Shown here piece after piece: positions 19,906-34,673 of a DNA stretch of 64,000 nucleotides. The notes beneath the pieces are model-generated. The model saw nothing but the letters and a program-made list of their open reading frames with translations, made no database searches and was not told where the DNA came from. The stretch is from Naegleria gruberi (Eukaryota): assembly GCA_000004985.1 (NCBI GenBank), contig GG738929.1; one strand, written 5' to 3'. How positions within the stretch are numbered: the first letter of the stretch is position 1; each line of letters opens with the position of its first letter. Both the position numbers and the translations under genes were made by a program.

Positions 19906-21621
19906 CTAAATACAATTCAAAGTACTTACAAATTGTTTTTGTAATGCAAATTTTTGCATATCTGAGAGACTCTTTTTCATCAAATTTTCTGAAAGGTCAT
20001 CAACTTTTCTCCTTTGATCTTCCACTCTTTGAGCTAATTCTTTCACATTAGCATTCTGTGATACTTTGCTAGAGTTTGTACTGTTTGAGCTGCTTCCAAC
20101 TTTTGGTGTAACATCTCTAATCTCCTTTACCTCTTTGAATTCTTTGATATTCAAATCTGGACTACTATCAGAAATGCTTGGAAGATTGGATTTTCTCATC
20201 AATGGAATTTCCTTTCTCATAGGGTTAATTACAGTGGAGCCTCTCATAGAGGAAGATCTCAGACTACTAACAGACGAATTCACAGAAGAAGAGGTAGGCC
20301 TCTTTTTAACTGATTGTTTCTTGGCCATTGAAGAGCTATTGTCATAAGGAGTATAGCTGATAAATGGCTCAATGTGTTCATATTTTTCAACTTCTGGATT
20401 GAGGTTGTACATTTTCTCAATAAACTCATTCTTTCTAATTAAAAACTCAGTTTGAATTTCCTCTACGTGTGCTTTAAACCTTTCATAATAGCTTTTTGCA
20501 GTGACATTAGGTCTATTCTTCTTCTTGGTCGGTTCTGATTTATCCTCTTGCAGTGAGTATATATTGTCCTTGAATGTCATTAAAAAGTGTCTCAGGTTTT
20601 CCTCATTACTTTCTCTATCAAAATCTTCGAATGATTGTACAATATCTTCAATAATTTCTTGATTAACAGACTTTGAGCTCACAGAACTAGGTGTAACTTG
20701 ACCTGTAAAATCATTATACTTTTGTTCGATTTCTTTTAGCATTTCTGAAAAATAGGAGTTATAAAATGTACTTGTTTTTGACATTATGTTCAACTCTTCC
20801 TGTTTCATTTGCAAATCCAATTCAAATAAAGTCTTTTGAGCATGGAAAGCTTTTACAAACTGTTTGATAGCATCCTCAACTTCTTTTGAGGTTTTAGAAT
20901 TACCTATTCTTGGTAATTTTGACATCATTTCAGAGGAACTCATATTCATTGGGTTGTAATATTGACCATATGAAGAGCTAACCTCCTCGGAAGAACCTTT
21001 CACTTTCTTTGGCAATACTAAAGAGAGCTCTACCATCTCATTCAGTACTTTTGTTATGTTGTTAATTGTAATATCGGTCAATAGTAAAAAATTAGTATCT
21101 TTGACTTGACTTTTGTTAGCATTAAGCTGAGTTCTTAATCTATACAAGTTTCTGTACACGTGAGTCAAATCATTTTCCAACTCCAAAACTGTTGACACTT
21201 CGAGATAAGGTATATCATCATTCTTAGAGTAATTGCAAACATTTTGAACTGAATCAGTACCTCCTGAGTATTTACATTCCATAAAATATTTTTGATTTTC
21301 TGCTTGTTTTGTCAGAATATTATAGTTTCGAATCTTTTCTTGCAACATTTTACCCCATTTTCGTAAATGAGATCTTTCTATAGGAGAAGAATCCTCTTCC
21401 TCTCCAACTATTTCAAGAACAAAGTTATCAATATCCGTGACTGCCTCTGCCTTGATATTTGTACATTTCGTTAATAATTGAACCTGTCTTTCCAATTGAA
21501 CAATTTTGGCACGATAGGATTTAATAATTCTGGCATCATTATCTTCATTTTCCATCATCAATTCCTTATTCAAGTGTTTTAAATCCTCAATTTCCCTCCT
21601 TAACAATTCATTTTCTTCCAA
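19906..21621 (-). CDS. Coiled-coil protein. The 5' end is unresolved.
   Basis: The 571-codon ORF is heptad-rich. Its track start codon is TTG, and an in-frame stop lies immediately upstream, so an upstream exon is possible (ATATGTAG acceptor). Confidence 0.45.
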   Translation of the reverse strand: MEENELLRREIEDLKHLNKELMMENEDNDARIIKSYRAKIVQLERQVQLLTKCTNIKAEAVTDIDNFVLEIVGEEEDSSPIERSHLRKWGKMLQEKIRNYNILTKQAENQKYFMECKYSGGTDSVQNVCNYSKNDDIPYLEVSTVLELENDLTHVYRNLYRLRTQLNANKSQVKDTNFLLLTDITINNITKVLNEMVELSLVLPKKVKGSSEEVSSSYGQYYNPMNMSSSEMMSKLPRIGNSKTSKEVEDAIKQFVKAFHAQKTLFELDLQMKQEELNIMSKTSTFYNSYFSEMLKEIEQKYNDFTGQVTPSSVSSKSVNQEIIEDIVQSFEDFDRESNEENLRHFLMTFKDNIYSLQEDKSEPTKKKNRPNVTAKSYYERFKAHVEEIQTEFLIRKNEFIEKMYNLNPEVEKYEHIEPFISYTPYDNSSSMAKKQSVKKRPTSSSVNSSVSSLRSSSMRGSTVINPMRKEIPLMRKSNLPSISDSSPDLNIKEFKEVKEIRDVTPKVGSSSNSTNSSKVSQNANVKELAQRVEDQRRKVDDLSENLMKKSLSDMQKFALQKQFVSTLNCI

Positions 21622-22074
21622 TAATTTCTACATATTTTAATAATTTAATATATTCCATCCATCACATGATCATCATTAGAAAATCCAATGCACAATAACA
21701 ACTCTCATACAAACCCTTCGTTCGACTTCATCAAAAGTATTCCCGCTAAAATTCATTTTTTTAAAGTTTGAATTTTAAAAACTGTAAATCGGTTATGAGG
21801 TTAAATTAGATAATGAATTGAATAGAATGATTTGATAATTGCTCTATAGGTTAGTTGACATCTGTAACAAGTGATGTAAAACCTGAAGCATTAATTCTTT
21901 AATCCAGATAAAGATTTAAAAAATAGCTCAAAGTGTTGTATGCTGCTGGAGCAGATCGGAAGAGAAGTGTATTAATTCTTCATCATACAAAATTTGAATC
22001 ATCATCAGTTGTGGAGAAAAGAAATATATCAATTAGTAATATATTAAATTAGGATCATTGATTTGTTATAAAAT

Positions 22075-23837
22075 ATGTTGTCATCAAAGGTAACTAAAAA
22101 GTACGAACCTATTGTTCCAAAACCTCTCTTTTATGGTTCATTGGTTGTAACAATTGGTATTGTGATTGTATTGCTAAATCATGCCTATAACTTGTCTCGG
22201 GATTTTATTACATCAGGACAGGCGATCTATCCAATGAGAGTTGACAAAGGATGGTTTATGGATTTTGAACAGGTTTGTTTCAGTTTGATTATTCGGATAA
22301 TAATAATGGATTTAGGATTTAACAGATCCACAATGGAGAAGTTTCAGACAGTTTATTCCTTTATTATTAATTGGAGCAACTGTATATGTAATACTTTCTA
22401 GAATTATCAGACATTTATTATTCCCAAATGTTTGTATTTTAATTATATTATTTAATAATTTTATTAATTTGAATTAATTAGAATTATAAGGCTACTCTGA
22501 TTTATTACTTGCTATTTTCTGCAGGATTTATTTATTTCCTTTATGGAAATTGTGTAATATTTCTTATTGGAATTACTCTTGTAAATTATTTAATTGGAAA
22601 GATTTTCAAATCAAGTAAGCTAAATACTATTGTATCTTGGCTTTTCAATTTGACAATTTTATTTACTAGTAAGCGATATAATGGATACTATTTCCAGGAC
22701 TTCTTTTTACCTGGTTCTCTAGAACAAAATAGAGGAGTTCTCGATTGGGAAACCTATTTTAATATCTTATTTTGTAGATTAATTAGTTATAATATGGATT
22801 ATTCAGAACAATTATCAAGGGTCCCATCTGATTCAATCAATGCTACTAAAAAGGAAGATGAACAATGGTCAGAATATAGACAACGTCAGGAAACATCTTT
22901 GAATATCGAGGCTGATTTCAATTTACTCCATTATTTGGCCTACATTTTCTATACACCACTCTTTATTGGTGGTCCTGTTTGCAGTTATACTGCTTTCATT
23001 TCTTATGTAAAATATTCCACCCAAAAAGAACTCTCATATGGTCAATTAATATGGCACACTATTAGACTTGTCGCTTATATTATTTTATTAGAGATTTACC
23101 TTCACTTGTTCTACACTGTTGGTTTCAATGATGTAGGATTCTGGAAAGAGGGACTCTGGAGAGGAAAATTCACTCGAGTTCTCCCTCCTTTTTCAGTTGG
23201 TGTCATTGGTATTACTACTCTAACATTTATGTATATGAAATTCTTGATTATTTGGAGAATGTTCAGATTGTGGGCTCTTTGGGACGGAATCAATCCTCCT
23301 GAGAATATGAATAGATGTGTGAATAATAATTACCTTGTTTCAGATTTTTGGAGATCTTGGCATAGATCTCTCTATATGTGGATTTTACGTTATCTTTACA
23401 TACCACTTGGAGGAAGCAAATCAAAGGTTTGGAGTGTTTGGATTATTTTCACTTTTATTGCATTGTGGCATGATCTTTGGTGGAGATGGCTTGCTTGGGC
23501 ATGGATTAATTGTTGTTTATTGATTTTGGAAGCTGTCTTTTTCTATGCTATTCTTCCAAGAATGTCATGGATTGAAAAATTGAGACAAAGAAGCAAGTAT
23601 ACATTTGCTTTCTTGTGTGGATTTTCTGGAGCTATCAGTATTATTACCCTTATTATTGCAAATCTTGCCATTATGCATGGTTTTGCTGATACTCCACTTT
23701 TCATTCATCAACTCTTCTTACAACCAGGTGGTTTTGTTTACTTTTTGACAATCTTATTTGCACTTCCTTTTGTTGTAATGGTCATGATTCATAAGAGAGA
23801 TATGGAAAGAATGGCTGGTGATGAAAAGAAGTTTTAA
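22075..23837 (+). CDS. Membrane-bound O-acyltransferase (MBOAT), GUP1/HHAT-like. Exons are 22075..22275, 22352..22429 and 22482..23837.
   Basis: The conserved MBOAT block reads FWRSWHRSLYMWILRYLYIPLGG...ALWHDLWW, and includes the invariant His. Two predicted introns (GTTTGT donors, CAG and TTAG acceptors) join three hydrophobic exons in frame. Confidence 0.68.
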
Positions 23838-23968
23838 TCTCACAAACTCATCAATTTGAGGAAGTAAGCTTTGATTCTGTTAAAAATGTCTGTGGAACGT
23901 CACTTTTCATCAATAAATTACAACCAATCACAATTAAATTTAATCATAAAAAATACGATCATCACACA

Positions 23969-24409
23969 ATGAGCAGAAGTGGAAAAGTTGGAGGCCTTTT
24001 ATCCATGTGGGAAAAGAAGGGAGAAGATACTCAAACAACCTCAACCCCAAAGAAACCAATCACATTACCAACAGCAAACACTACTTCATCAACCACATCA
24101 ACCACAACCACAGCAACAACCACCACTCCAGTCGTAAAGAAGGAGGAACCAGTAAGCAAACCAGCAACAAGCAATACCACCACCACTTCAACTCCAAAGA
24201 AGGAAGAACCTGTTGTTACTCAACCATCAGTGAAATCAACTCCACCACCAACTACTTCTTCACCACCTCCATCTGGTAAGACCACAGTTACCCCAACTCC
24301 TACCACAACAATTCCAGATGTTTTGCAACCAGAATTTTTGAAGAAATTAGAAGAATTGGTTGTTGCTGTCGAAAAGGAAACTGCTAGATTGGAATCATTG
24401 GCCAAATAA
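23969..24409 (+). CDS. Small S/T/P-rich protein, 146 aa
   Basis: An ATG sits at 23969. The sequence is low-complexity T/S/P-rich with a short C-terminal helical segment. Confidence 0.35.
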   Translation: MSRSGKVGGLLSMWEKKGEDTQTTSTPKKPITLPTANTTSSTTSTTTTATTTTPVVKKEEPVSKPATSNTTTTSTPKKEEPVVTQPSVKSTPPPTTSSPPPSGKTTVTPTPTTTIPDVLQPEFLKKLEELVVAVEKETARLESLAK

Positions 24410-24946
24410 TTCAAAAACAAATTGTAAAAATATGTAATTGATATAACTAAAGTAGTATTTATTTAACAATAACATTTTTCAAATTTGAAAGCAATAATTC
24501 TCAAACATTTTGAAAACTACTTGGAACAATCTTTATACACTCAATGAATTATATCACTTTTTGGAATTATCTTTATACACTCTTCTTATTTACCTCAATT
24601 ACATTCCTGGAATCGAACATTCATCTCTTGATCTTTGTACTTGGAAATCAGAACATTAGCAATACACAGTAACACAGCATTAAAGAGAGAACAATCTAGT
24701 AATAACAAGCACCTTGTATTGCATTGGTATTGTAAATCCGACAATTTCCCTCCATAACCCAATGATTTGAATCTATCGAGATGAAATTATTTACAATGAT
24801 TACTTATGAAGTTGTATGAGGCGCCAAACAGGTTGCTGATGAAGAGACCAATCTTTACGATGATGACCGATGAGTTGTTGTTCCAGAGTAATACTTTCCC
24901 GCCAAAAACAAACACCTCATTGGACGAAGGTTTGTAAAAATTGTAA

Positions 24947-26413
<1,467 letters not shown>

Positions 26414-26535
26414 ATAAATCTAAAAAAGCTTTTAAGCAATTTTTGAAATCTCTATTCTAAGAGGAGCTAAGGCTGGAAGCATTACACTTGCAAGCTTACA
26501 AGAATGAGAAGCATTATTAAAATAAAGTTTTTAAT

Positions 26536-28948
26536 CTAGTTTACAATCGACACTGCACTCTTTTCCTTATATAATGATACTGCAAAGTACCATTCAACTT
26601 TGAGATCTATTGAATCATCAAAACATGTACCCAAATCTGTACTAATGTCATCCATTATAACCTTAACAGATAAACATCTCTTATCAAAATTAAAATTAAC
26701 AATAACAGTGGCCTTTTCTTTGAGTAATTTGTTTTTCGTAAACTTTTTCCATGAATCCATGTAACCAGCTTGCCCAGAAACAAAGTTAATACCATAGGAA
26801 TTTTGAAGTTTCTTTGATCCTAATATTCCTCCTTTTTTACAAATTCTCCAATCATTATCTTTTGACACTAAACCAATGACAATTTCATTTTCTGCACTGA
26901 GTTTCTCAATCTTGAATGCAACTTCATTATTGAGTGGTGTTACCTTTTGTTCACATCTGGCAGTATAGTAATCTGATCCAAAAACCTTATTCTGTAAAAG
27001 AGTTAAGGTCTTTTGATGATTAGAAAGGTTGAAATAGTTGTGTTTACAACCAGTCTCAAATATAAAGCTTTGCTTTTGTTGCTTAAATACCATCTGATAA
27101 TATTCATCAACGTTGACATTTTCTTTTGGATCATGTGAAGGTTTAGCTTGCCCTTTAACCTCAGTAACCATCTTGTTTTTGAACATGCCAACCATTAAAT
27201 TACTTTTTGAAGGTACCTTTTTCAATGACTTATCATCAACTAATTGAATTCCATTGTTATATTTCACGCTCTTTCTTCTTGCTTTAACAGTTTGAGATCT
27301 TGCTTGCTGAGTTGAGGCACTACTCTTTCTTGGACTCGAATCATTCAAATTTGGTGAAACAACAATTCCCTGTTCATGATGTTTCAGAATGAGAGGACCA
27401 AGTAAATCATTAATATTTTGCTTAACCTTTTCGCTAAATTCAACTTGTTGATTCAATTGATCAATTTGAGATTGCTTAACTTTCATCTCTGCAAAATATT
27501 TAAATTTTCTAAATCTCATCAACCATGGAGAGTATTTAATCTCTGAAATACTTTTAGGTCTTTTAGTTTTATCATTCGTCAGAACACTCATTATTAAATC
27601 AACAATGTGTCTATCACTACAATTTTCTTCAAGAATTGACCAAGTTTTTTCTTCATCAATTGCATCAATTTTCAAAAATGTGCTGTCTTTAACAATTAAT
27701 TTAAATAATAAATGACCTAAATTCCAAATATTTTCTTGTTTTTCCTTTTCCAAATCTGCATTTAAATCTGTTTGTAAAAATGTTTCCAAATTAAGATAAA
27801 TGCCAATTTGCTTCTTTACATCACCTGATAAATTGTCTCTAATGAAAATATCATTCTCAAGTAATTGTTTAACTAAATTATTATTGTTAAATGTCCTATT
27901 TCTACTATGAAACATCATAATCACATCAAGAACTTGTGTGAAAATATGAATTGCACTATCAGTACTCATATTTCCAAAAGTTGATTTCAATAAATCACTT
28001 AATTTAATTTCAGATGGAATATATTCCATAGTATAGAACAATCCAGTAAATTTAGGTTCAAATTCTTCACTATTTTGATCAATGACAAGATATAAATCAT
28101 AAACTTGAGCAACATTGACATGATATGAAAGTGATAATAATTCAATGAACTGTTTTTTTGAAATAATCAGAAAATTGAATGAATCCAAATTGATTAAACT
28201 CTAAATTAACAAAATGAAAACAATGAAAACAAACCTTTCTTTTCAATTCCAATTCATTTCCCAATATTGATGATTTAAAATTATCATCAATAAAGTGAAT
28301 ATATCTTCCAACACAATATTCAATATTATCTTCATCTTCTGTACTTTCATCTTCTTGATATTCATCTTCTAAAACTTCAATATCTGATAAAATTGAATCA
28401 TTTCCAGGTGGAGTATTAGCAGATCCAGCCAAATTACCTTTCATTCTATGTTGTAGTTGAACTAATTCTTCAAAATCAGAGAAGGAAGTACTTGTACTCA
28501 TATTTTGAGTAGATTCTGAACTTGGTGATTGACATGAATGATGATTGAGTGGTGTTGTATTATTTGAAGCAGTTAAATGTTGTGGAGTTTGTGGAGATGA
28601 TGATAAATTTGTGTGTAATTGTTTTACAATTGGTAAATTTAATGTTAAATAATCTTCACTTGTTTGTAGAGTATATTCGTAAAGTGAAAATTGTGAATTT
28701 GATGATTGATTTTTTCTATAGTGAATAGTAAATGATTTGTATGGAGAAAATCTGTGCTGATGAGAATTTAAATTTCCATGAATTGATGATGACAATGATT
28801 GATGACTGGCAGCAATCATCAATGTATTGAAATGATAAGATTCATGATGAGAAGTTTTTGATGATGATGCTTGTTGTTCAACAACAGCTTCTTGATTGGA
28901 TGAAGTAAAATAGGCGTAATTTAACTTGTAGTGAGAGGGGTCTGTCAT
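26536..28948 (-). CDS. Pseudokinase-like domain fused to a C-terminal SPRY/B30.2-like domain. Exon 1 is 28233..28948. Exon 2 is either 26536..28198 (after a 34-nt intron) or 26536..28149 (after an 85-nt intron).
   Basis: The kinase C-lobe remnants are YTMEYIP, IWNLGHLLFKLIV and RPKSISEIKYSPWL, with no HRD or DFG catalytic motifs. The SPRY-like tail reads GINFVSGQAGY...VKVEWYFAVSLY. The two track ORFs sit in different frames and are joined by an AAG|GTTTGT donor. Confidence 0.55.
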
Positions 28949-29079
28949 TTTTTTTGTTTGTCATCTGACGTTGATGTTTTTATTGTTGATAAATTGGTAG
29001 TGAATTTTGCCTATTGATCAGGTATCATCTCTTTGAGTGACTGTTGGTAACCAACAATACTTGTTGAACAAAAATTCAA

Positions 29080-30023
29080 TTATTGGACTAACTTTTCGAA
29101 TAAATTCTTTAAATCTTTCATTTCTTCATTAGAAACTTCATGTGAATGATATCTGTAAATCTTTCTACTTGTAATACTCTTTCCCTTTTCAAGCCAATCA
29201 AAACTTTCAGATGCAAATGATTGATAATGAACAACATCATCTTCATCTCCATGGAAAATATAAAGTGGTGTTTCCTTATTTTCCTGTGAAATAAATTCAC
29301 TTGGATTAGTAAATTTAGATCTCAATAACATGTATCCTGATGCACTAATGATGGCACCCAATGGATGCTTAGATTGAAGTCCTGTTAATAATGACATGGC
29401 TGCTCCTTGACTGAAACCTTTTATAAATTATTATCAAAAATTATTAAAATTATTATATTTCAAAAATAATTTTCAATTAAAATAATTAATAAATTAATAA
29501 TAAACGAACCTCCAAGAATAATTCTCTTTGAATCAAATTGTTTTAATTGAGATTCAATTAATTCATCAATTAATTTCTTTGATGCTTCGTAGCCTTCCAA
29601 ATCTTCATGTACTTTTAATTCCTGTCTTTCCAATGAATATATATCGTACCATCCATTCATTACCATTCCTCCATTAATTGTAATTGGTCGTTGAGGTGAA
29701 TTTGGTAGAATGGCCATTGTATTCTCTGGAAGAATTACTTGCAACATTTGTGAGAAGCCTTCATAATTATCACCCAAACCATGAAGCCAAATAACAAGTG
29801 AATCAACAAGTGGTTTGGAATCTTGTTGTTGTTGAGGCTTCGGAGATGGGGTTAAAACAGCACAATCCAATCCACACAGTCTAGTTCTCTGAATTTTGTG
29901 ATAGCCCATTATTGAATTTTTATGTGGAGTTTGGAATAGACGTTTAATAATGATGTTGTGATTATTCTTGTTTGTGCCAATGAAATGTTGTTGTCTTGAT
30001 GAGAGGGAAATTAAAGATTTCAT
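29080..30023 (-). CDS. Phospholipase/carboxylesterase-family alpha/beta hydrolase (acyl-protein thioesterase-like). Exons are 29510..30023 and 29080..29417.
   Basis: LVIWLHGLGD and the nucleophile elbow GFSQG are present. The elbow is rebuilt across a 92-nt intron (donor G|GTTCGT, acceptor AAAAG). The real ATG is at 30023. Confidence 0.75.
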
Positions 30024-30152
30024 CAATTTTTTTAATTTTTAAATAAAATTTTAAATTAGCCATTTCTTGGTATTCTCTTCATAAGTAAGTACTCCAGTAG
30101 GCATGGTGCTCTATCCATTGTGCTGTTTTAACCCCATCTCTGAATTCGAATT

Positions 30153-33100
30153 TTATTTTTCCAAGATGGTTTTCACAACATTTCTAATTTGTGTTTGAGA
30201 TATTGGTTTTAGACACACAAGATCCATTCCTGCACGTTTGCACAAGCTTTCTCCATCACTATCTCCAGTCGCACCAATTAAAATACAAGAAGTAGCAGGT
30301 TTCTTTTCTGCTTCAAATAGTCTTATTTTTTCGGCACATTCCAATCCTGACATTACATCCATGTGTACATCAAGAACAATGGCATCAAATTTGTTAGGGG
30401 TATCAAAATTCTCAATATAAGCATCAAGAGCCTCTTTACCATTTGAAACACCCTTAGTTTCAATCATGAGCTTGTGTGGTTCATTCTTGACCTGCGAGAG
30501 ATGATTTTCTAGCTCACTATTTCCAGTAAGACCACCAAATATCTTGAGCATAATATTCTTATTAATAACATTATCATCAGCTACAAGTATTCTTAATTTA
30601 AGTTGTTTCTCTGATGGTCCACTATCAGATGATCCTGAGGGAGACGATTGGGGTGATGTTTCAGATGTTTGCGGATCTTTGGAAATTGCTGGCAAGTTTG
30701 GCTCTGAAATTAATGCCTTCTTAGGGAATTGGAATTTTTCAAAATCATTCTTCTCCGTGCTTGAAAAGGAAACAGTGGAATTCTTCATTGTTAATATTTG
30801 TTGAATCATATATTGGAAAGAAAAAAGTGTTACAGGTTTTCTAATTGATAAATCAAACATAGACTTGTTGGATTTAGGAAGATTTGTATCCTTTTTGATA
30901 AAACTTAGGAATCTTTTAGGTTCAAATCTATCAAACCATACAATTAATTTAGGTTGGATGACTTGATTATTTGTAGCAAATTTAGCATTATGTGACTCTA
31001 TTAATACTTTCAGTTTAGAAATGGTTGAATGAATTCTTTCAATCTCTACTGGAGAATAAATAAGAGTACTATTTCTTCTACCAGCATTGTTTGATTGATT
31101 TGCAGCCTTAGATTCAGCATTATGGGAGGAAACATGAGCTGCAGTGAAAAGAGCATTCTCGCTCTTTGGTAGATTGTCAGGAAGGAAACAAGCGTCATCC
31201 AAAATAATGAAAGAAATAGGTTTCTTAACTAACCAATCATTAGGATTAGATGATGATCTGTGCAAGAACTCCTCAGTGAATTGCTCTATCTTGTCAGCAT
31301 TTACAAATACGTTTTCAATATTTTCCATTGTTGCAACCTTTTCATCAAACACTTCTCTTAAATAATTGGAGAGGATGTTTCTCACTTTTGATTCTTTGTA
31401 AAGTACGAGACAAATATTGTTGCCATAATTTTTGGAAAGCTTTTCCTTTACCTCCATAATCTTACTTTCATCTGTAAGAGGTAATCTCTTATCAGCTCTG
31501 TCAATAATCTTGTCATAGTCCTCTCCTCTTGCAGCCTTTTGAAAAACAACTGTAAACCAGAAATTACTTCCACTGGAACCATTACTCTTACAACCAATGT
31601 CACCATTCATGAGGGTTGTAAGGTTTTTACAAATACTGAGACCAAGACCACTTCCTTCATACTCCTTATCCTTTTTCAATCTTGAAAATACTTTGAAAAG
31701 ATCTTTTTGTTTTTCTTGAGGAATACCGATACCAGTATCACAAACTACTACAAATACTTTCACTGTGGTTTCAGTTTCTTCTGGAACATCAACCAAGACA
31801 GAAACCGATCCTGTATGAGTAAACTTGATAGCATTACCCATCAAGTTTGTTAGAATTTGTTGGAATTTGTGAACGTCACCTCTAACAACCAATGGTACTC
31901 TATGTTTAGATCCACGTTTTACATCAATTTCAAGTGCTACATCAATTCCCTTCTTAAAGGCAGTAACACTGTTAATAGAAATAATTTCTTCAACAGAATA
32001 TTGTAAATCAAAGTTTGAAACATCAAGCTCAACACTTCCAGATTCTAATTTTGATGATGAAAGAACGTCTTGAATAATATTACTCAAAATATGGCAACTG
32101 GATAAAATCATATTCATCCATTCTAGACCTTCATGAGAATCTACTGTTTGTTGATGAACAAAGTCTTCATGCATCTTTTGGGCAATTAAATAAATCGAGT
32201 TCAAAGGATTCTTCAAATCGTGAGAAATCATACTAAAGAAAGTTGTTCTACTTTGAAGTTCTATTTGTGCTTCTCTGGCTTTTTCATTCATTAATTTAAC
32301 TTGATCATTAAGTTCATTATTTCTGATGATGAACACATCAACTTTCTTAGAACTCAAAAAATCTACTTTGTGTGTGACCTCTACACCAAATCTATCACCA
32401 ATCTTGGTTCTTGCCTTACATAGAGTCCACTTATCTGTTGCAATGACTGGAGGTCCAACAAGCAAATCCAAAATATTTTTAGAAGCATGTATTATTTCAT
32501 CATGTTCATATCCAAACATTCTTTCAAAAGCAAGATTAACATAGATAATCTTCTTTTTCCTTCTACTCTGTATGATTATTGCTTCGTTTGTAATGTTTAG
32601 CATGTTAGATAATCTTGTTTCAACTTCTCTGATTTGAGACCTAAATGCCTGATGCATATTATTAAGAATGAGAATTGCAACTACAAAGGGTATCGATATA
32701 AATAATATATCACAAAAGTAATCTCCATAATTTAAAGACAATCCTGGCATTAATGATTCTAACCATCCAAATTGTATGAAGGCTAGAATATATCCAATAA
32801 GAGCAACAATGGCAGTTTTGATGCTCGAAAGTCCAATAGCTGCAAAAATTGTTGGGAAAATTACGAGTCTCATGTTAGAAGCGAGAATTAGATGATTGTA
32901 AAGAGTTGTTTGATTTTGTTCAAAAATTAGAAGTGAAAGGATGGAGTTAGTATCAATGGAAGATGAAGCAAGATTAATTAGTATGAAAGGAACGGTGAGA
33001 AGGTAGAAAAGGAAAACGTAGAGGTAGGCATGTGGGAAGGGTGAACGAAAAAGGATGAATCCAACTAATGAAAATGTAGCATCTAGAATGTACAGCAGTG

Positions 33101-33739
33101 AAAGTGTTTTAAATCTGATTAGTTGTTGTATGATCACTATAATTTAATAGAAACATTGATGATCATTTATGAATAATTTATGAATAGGGTAAATGAATGA
33201 ATATTCAATAATAAAATTTCGTACATACTTGATATGCTGAAGAAGAGATGGAAAACAAAATACACTGAATAGTAAGCTATTGATAATCTCTCGTATGGGT
33301 CCTTAATGCTATTATGTGCTCGCAAACCAGGGAAGTTTACAAACCTATATCCCATCAGAAATGATGATGATTTACTAAACAGATGCGAAATAAATCTACG
33401 GAAACGGGATCTTGGTTTTGTATCTGGTTCCTCTTCCTCATCATCATCATAATCACGGTCTCTCTCTTCCTGTTGATTATTTGGTTCGAGAGAAGGCTGA
33501 ATAGCTATTGTTGTTTGGTTATTCCCCACATCATTTATAACTGTAGAAGGCTCGGATAAGTTTTGTTGTTGTTGTGTATTAGAAAGAGGTGTTGTTGTTG
33601 TTGTTGGTATATTAACTTTGTGTTCAACATTCCTACCAAGTAAATTTGTCGTCGTCGTCGTAGAAGGAGGAGTTGTAGTAATAGTTCCTTCCACCACTAT
33701 CGATGGTGATAACGGTTCGTTATTATTGGTAGAAGGCAT
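30153..33739 (-). CDS. Hybrid sensor histidine kinase (multi-TM N-terminal region, HisKA, HATPase_c, C-terminal receiver). Exons are 33328..33739 and 30153..33136.
   Basis: The H-box reads FFSMISHDLKNPLNSI, with N/G1/G2 boxes (LMGNAIKFT, CDTGIGIP, GSGLGLSICK) and a REC domain (ILVADDNVINKNIML...DAIVLDVHM). The track ORF starts on GTG, directly after a TTATAG acceptor. The upstream ORF with a real ATG at 33739 ends at a donor (CCT G|GTTTGC) and joins in frame, giving a 191-nt intron. Confidence 0.78.
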
Positions 33740-34673
33740 TTTCTATTTTTTTTTGGGCTGTCCTCTGGCAACAAACTTGGCAAGAGTAAAATGCTTCATA
33801 AAGATAAAAATTCAAAACAACTTTAGCGCCAACTCCATCAAACGAATTAATGTTCTCTGGTAGTGAGGGTTTTTTTTAATATGTGGTGATAGGGAAGCTC
33901 TATGCTGCTGCAAAATACTAATTACTACAGCAGCGAAACAAACACTGAGTGAATTGCTTTGCTCTGAAATATTACAACAGAAATAACATCTTGGAGGAAT
34001 ATAAACTCATAAAGCAATCTTTACCACTAAAAAAGTCCCTTAAAAACTGCTTCGAATGTGCTCATTTCTTCAATTGTCTTAATAAAATGATGTTATAATC
34101 ATCAACAGGACAAAAAATTCGGAGAAAGTGACCCAGGTTATAGCTCCAATTTATCAAATCTAGATTAAAGATAACACCATTCAGCGAAATGGTTTGTCCT
34201 GTAAAGGGCTATCAAACTATTCAGAGAAGAAAGATTACTAACAGTTCCATGATTTTGGAATGATAGAGGGACTTATCCATGTCATTGCAGCGTTATCTAA
34301 CTGTTAATAAAAGAAAATTAAAACGATTCCATTTCGTATTGGATGTACATGAAAAAAACGAAGAAAAATCTTCTCACCTTGTTTGGTGCACTCCACAATT
34401 AACCAAAATCTCATCTCTACTTCTTCATTATGGTCATATCCTTGTTTCCAAAATCAAACTCAAACATGATTAAGAAATGCACTTTATCAGTGCAGTTAAA
34501 TCAAATTAGTACCCAAATACTCAATTTCTCAACGTGGAAATAAAATAACAAAAGCACTCGATGAATGGTATTCTCTGAGTAGTACTGTGCTTGATTGGCT
34601 TCTTTTCAATGTCTTCAACAATAAAATTATAAACACAAATTAAAAATTCAAATAAAATTTGAAACACAAAAAA

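Noticed and set aside
24007-24420. Alternative-frame and antisense ORFs over the S/T/P-rich small gene
   Set aside because: They arise from codon periodicity of the ACC/ACA-rich repeats. Only the frame with the ATG at 23969 ends in a structured C-terminus.
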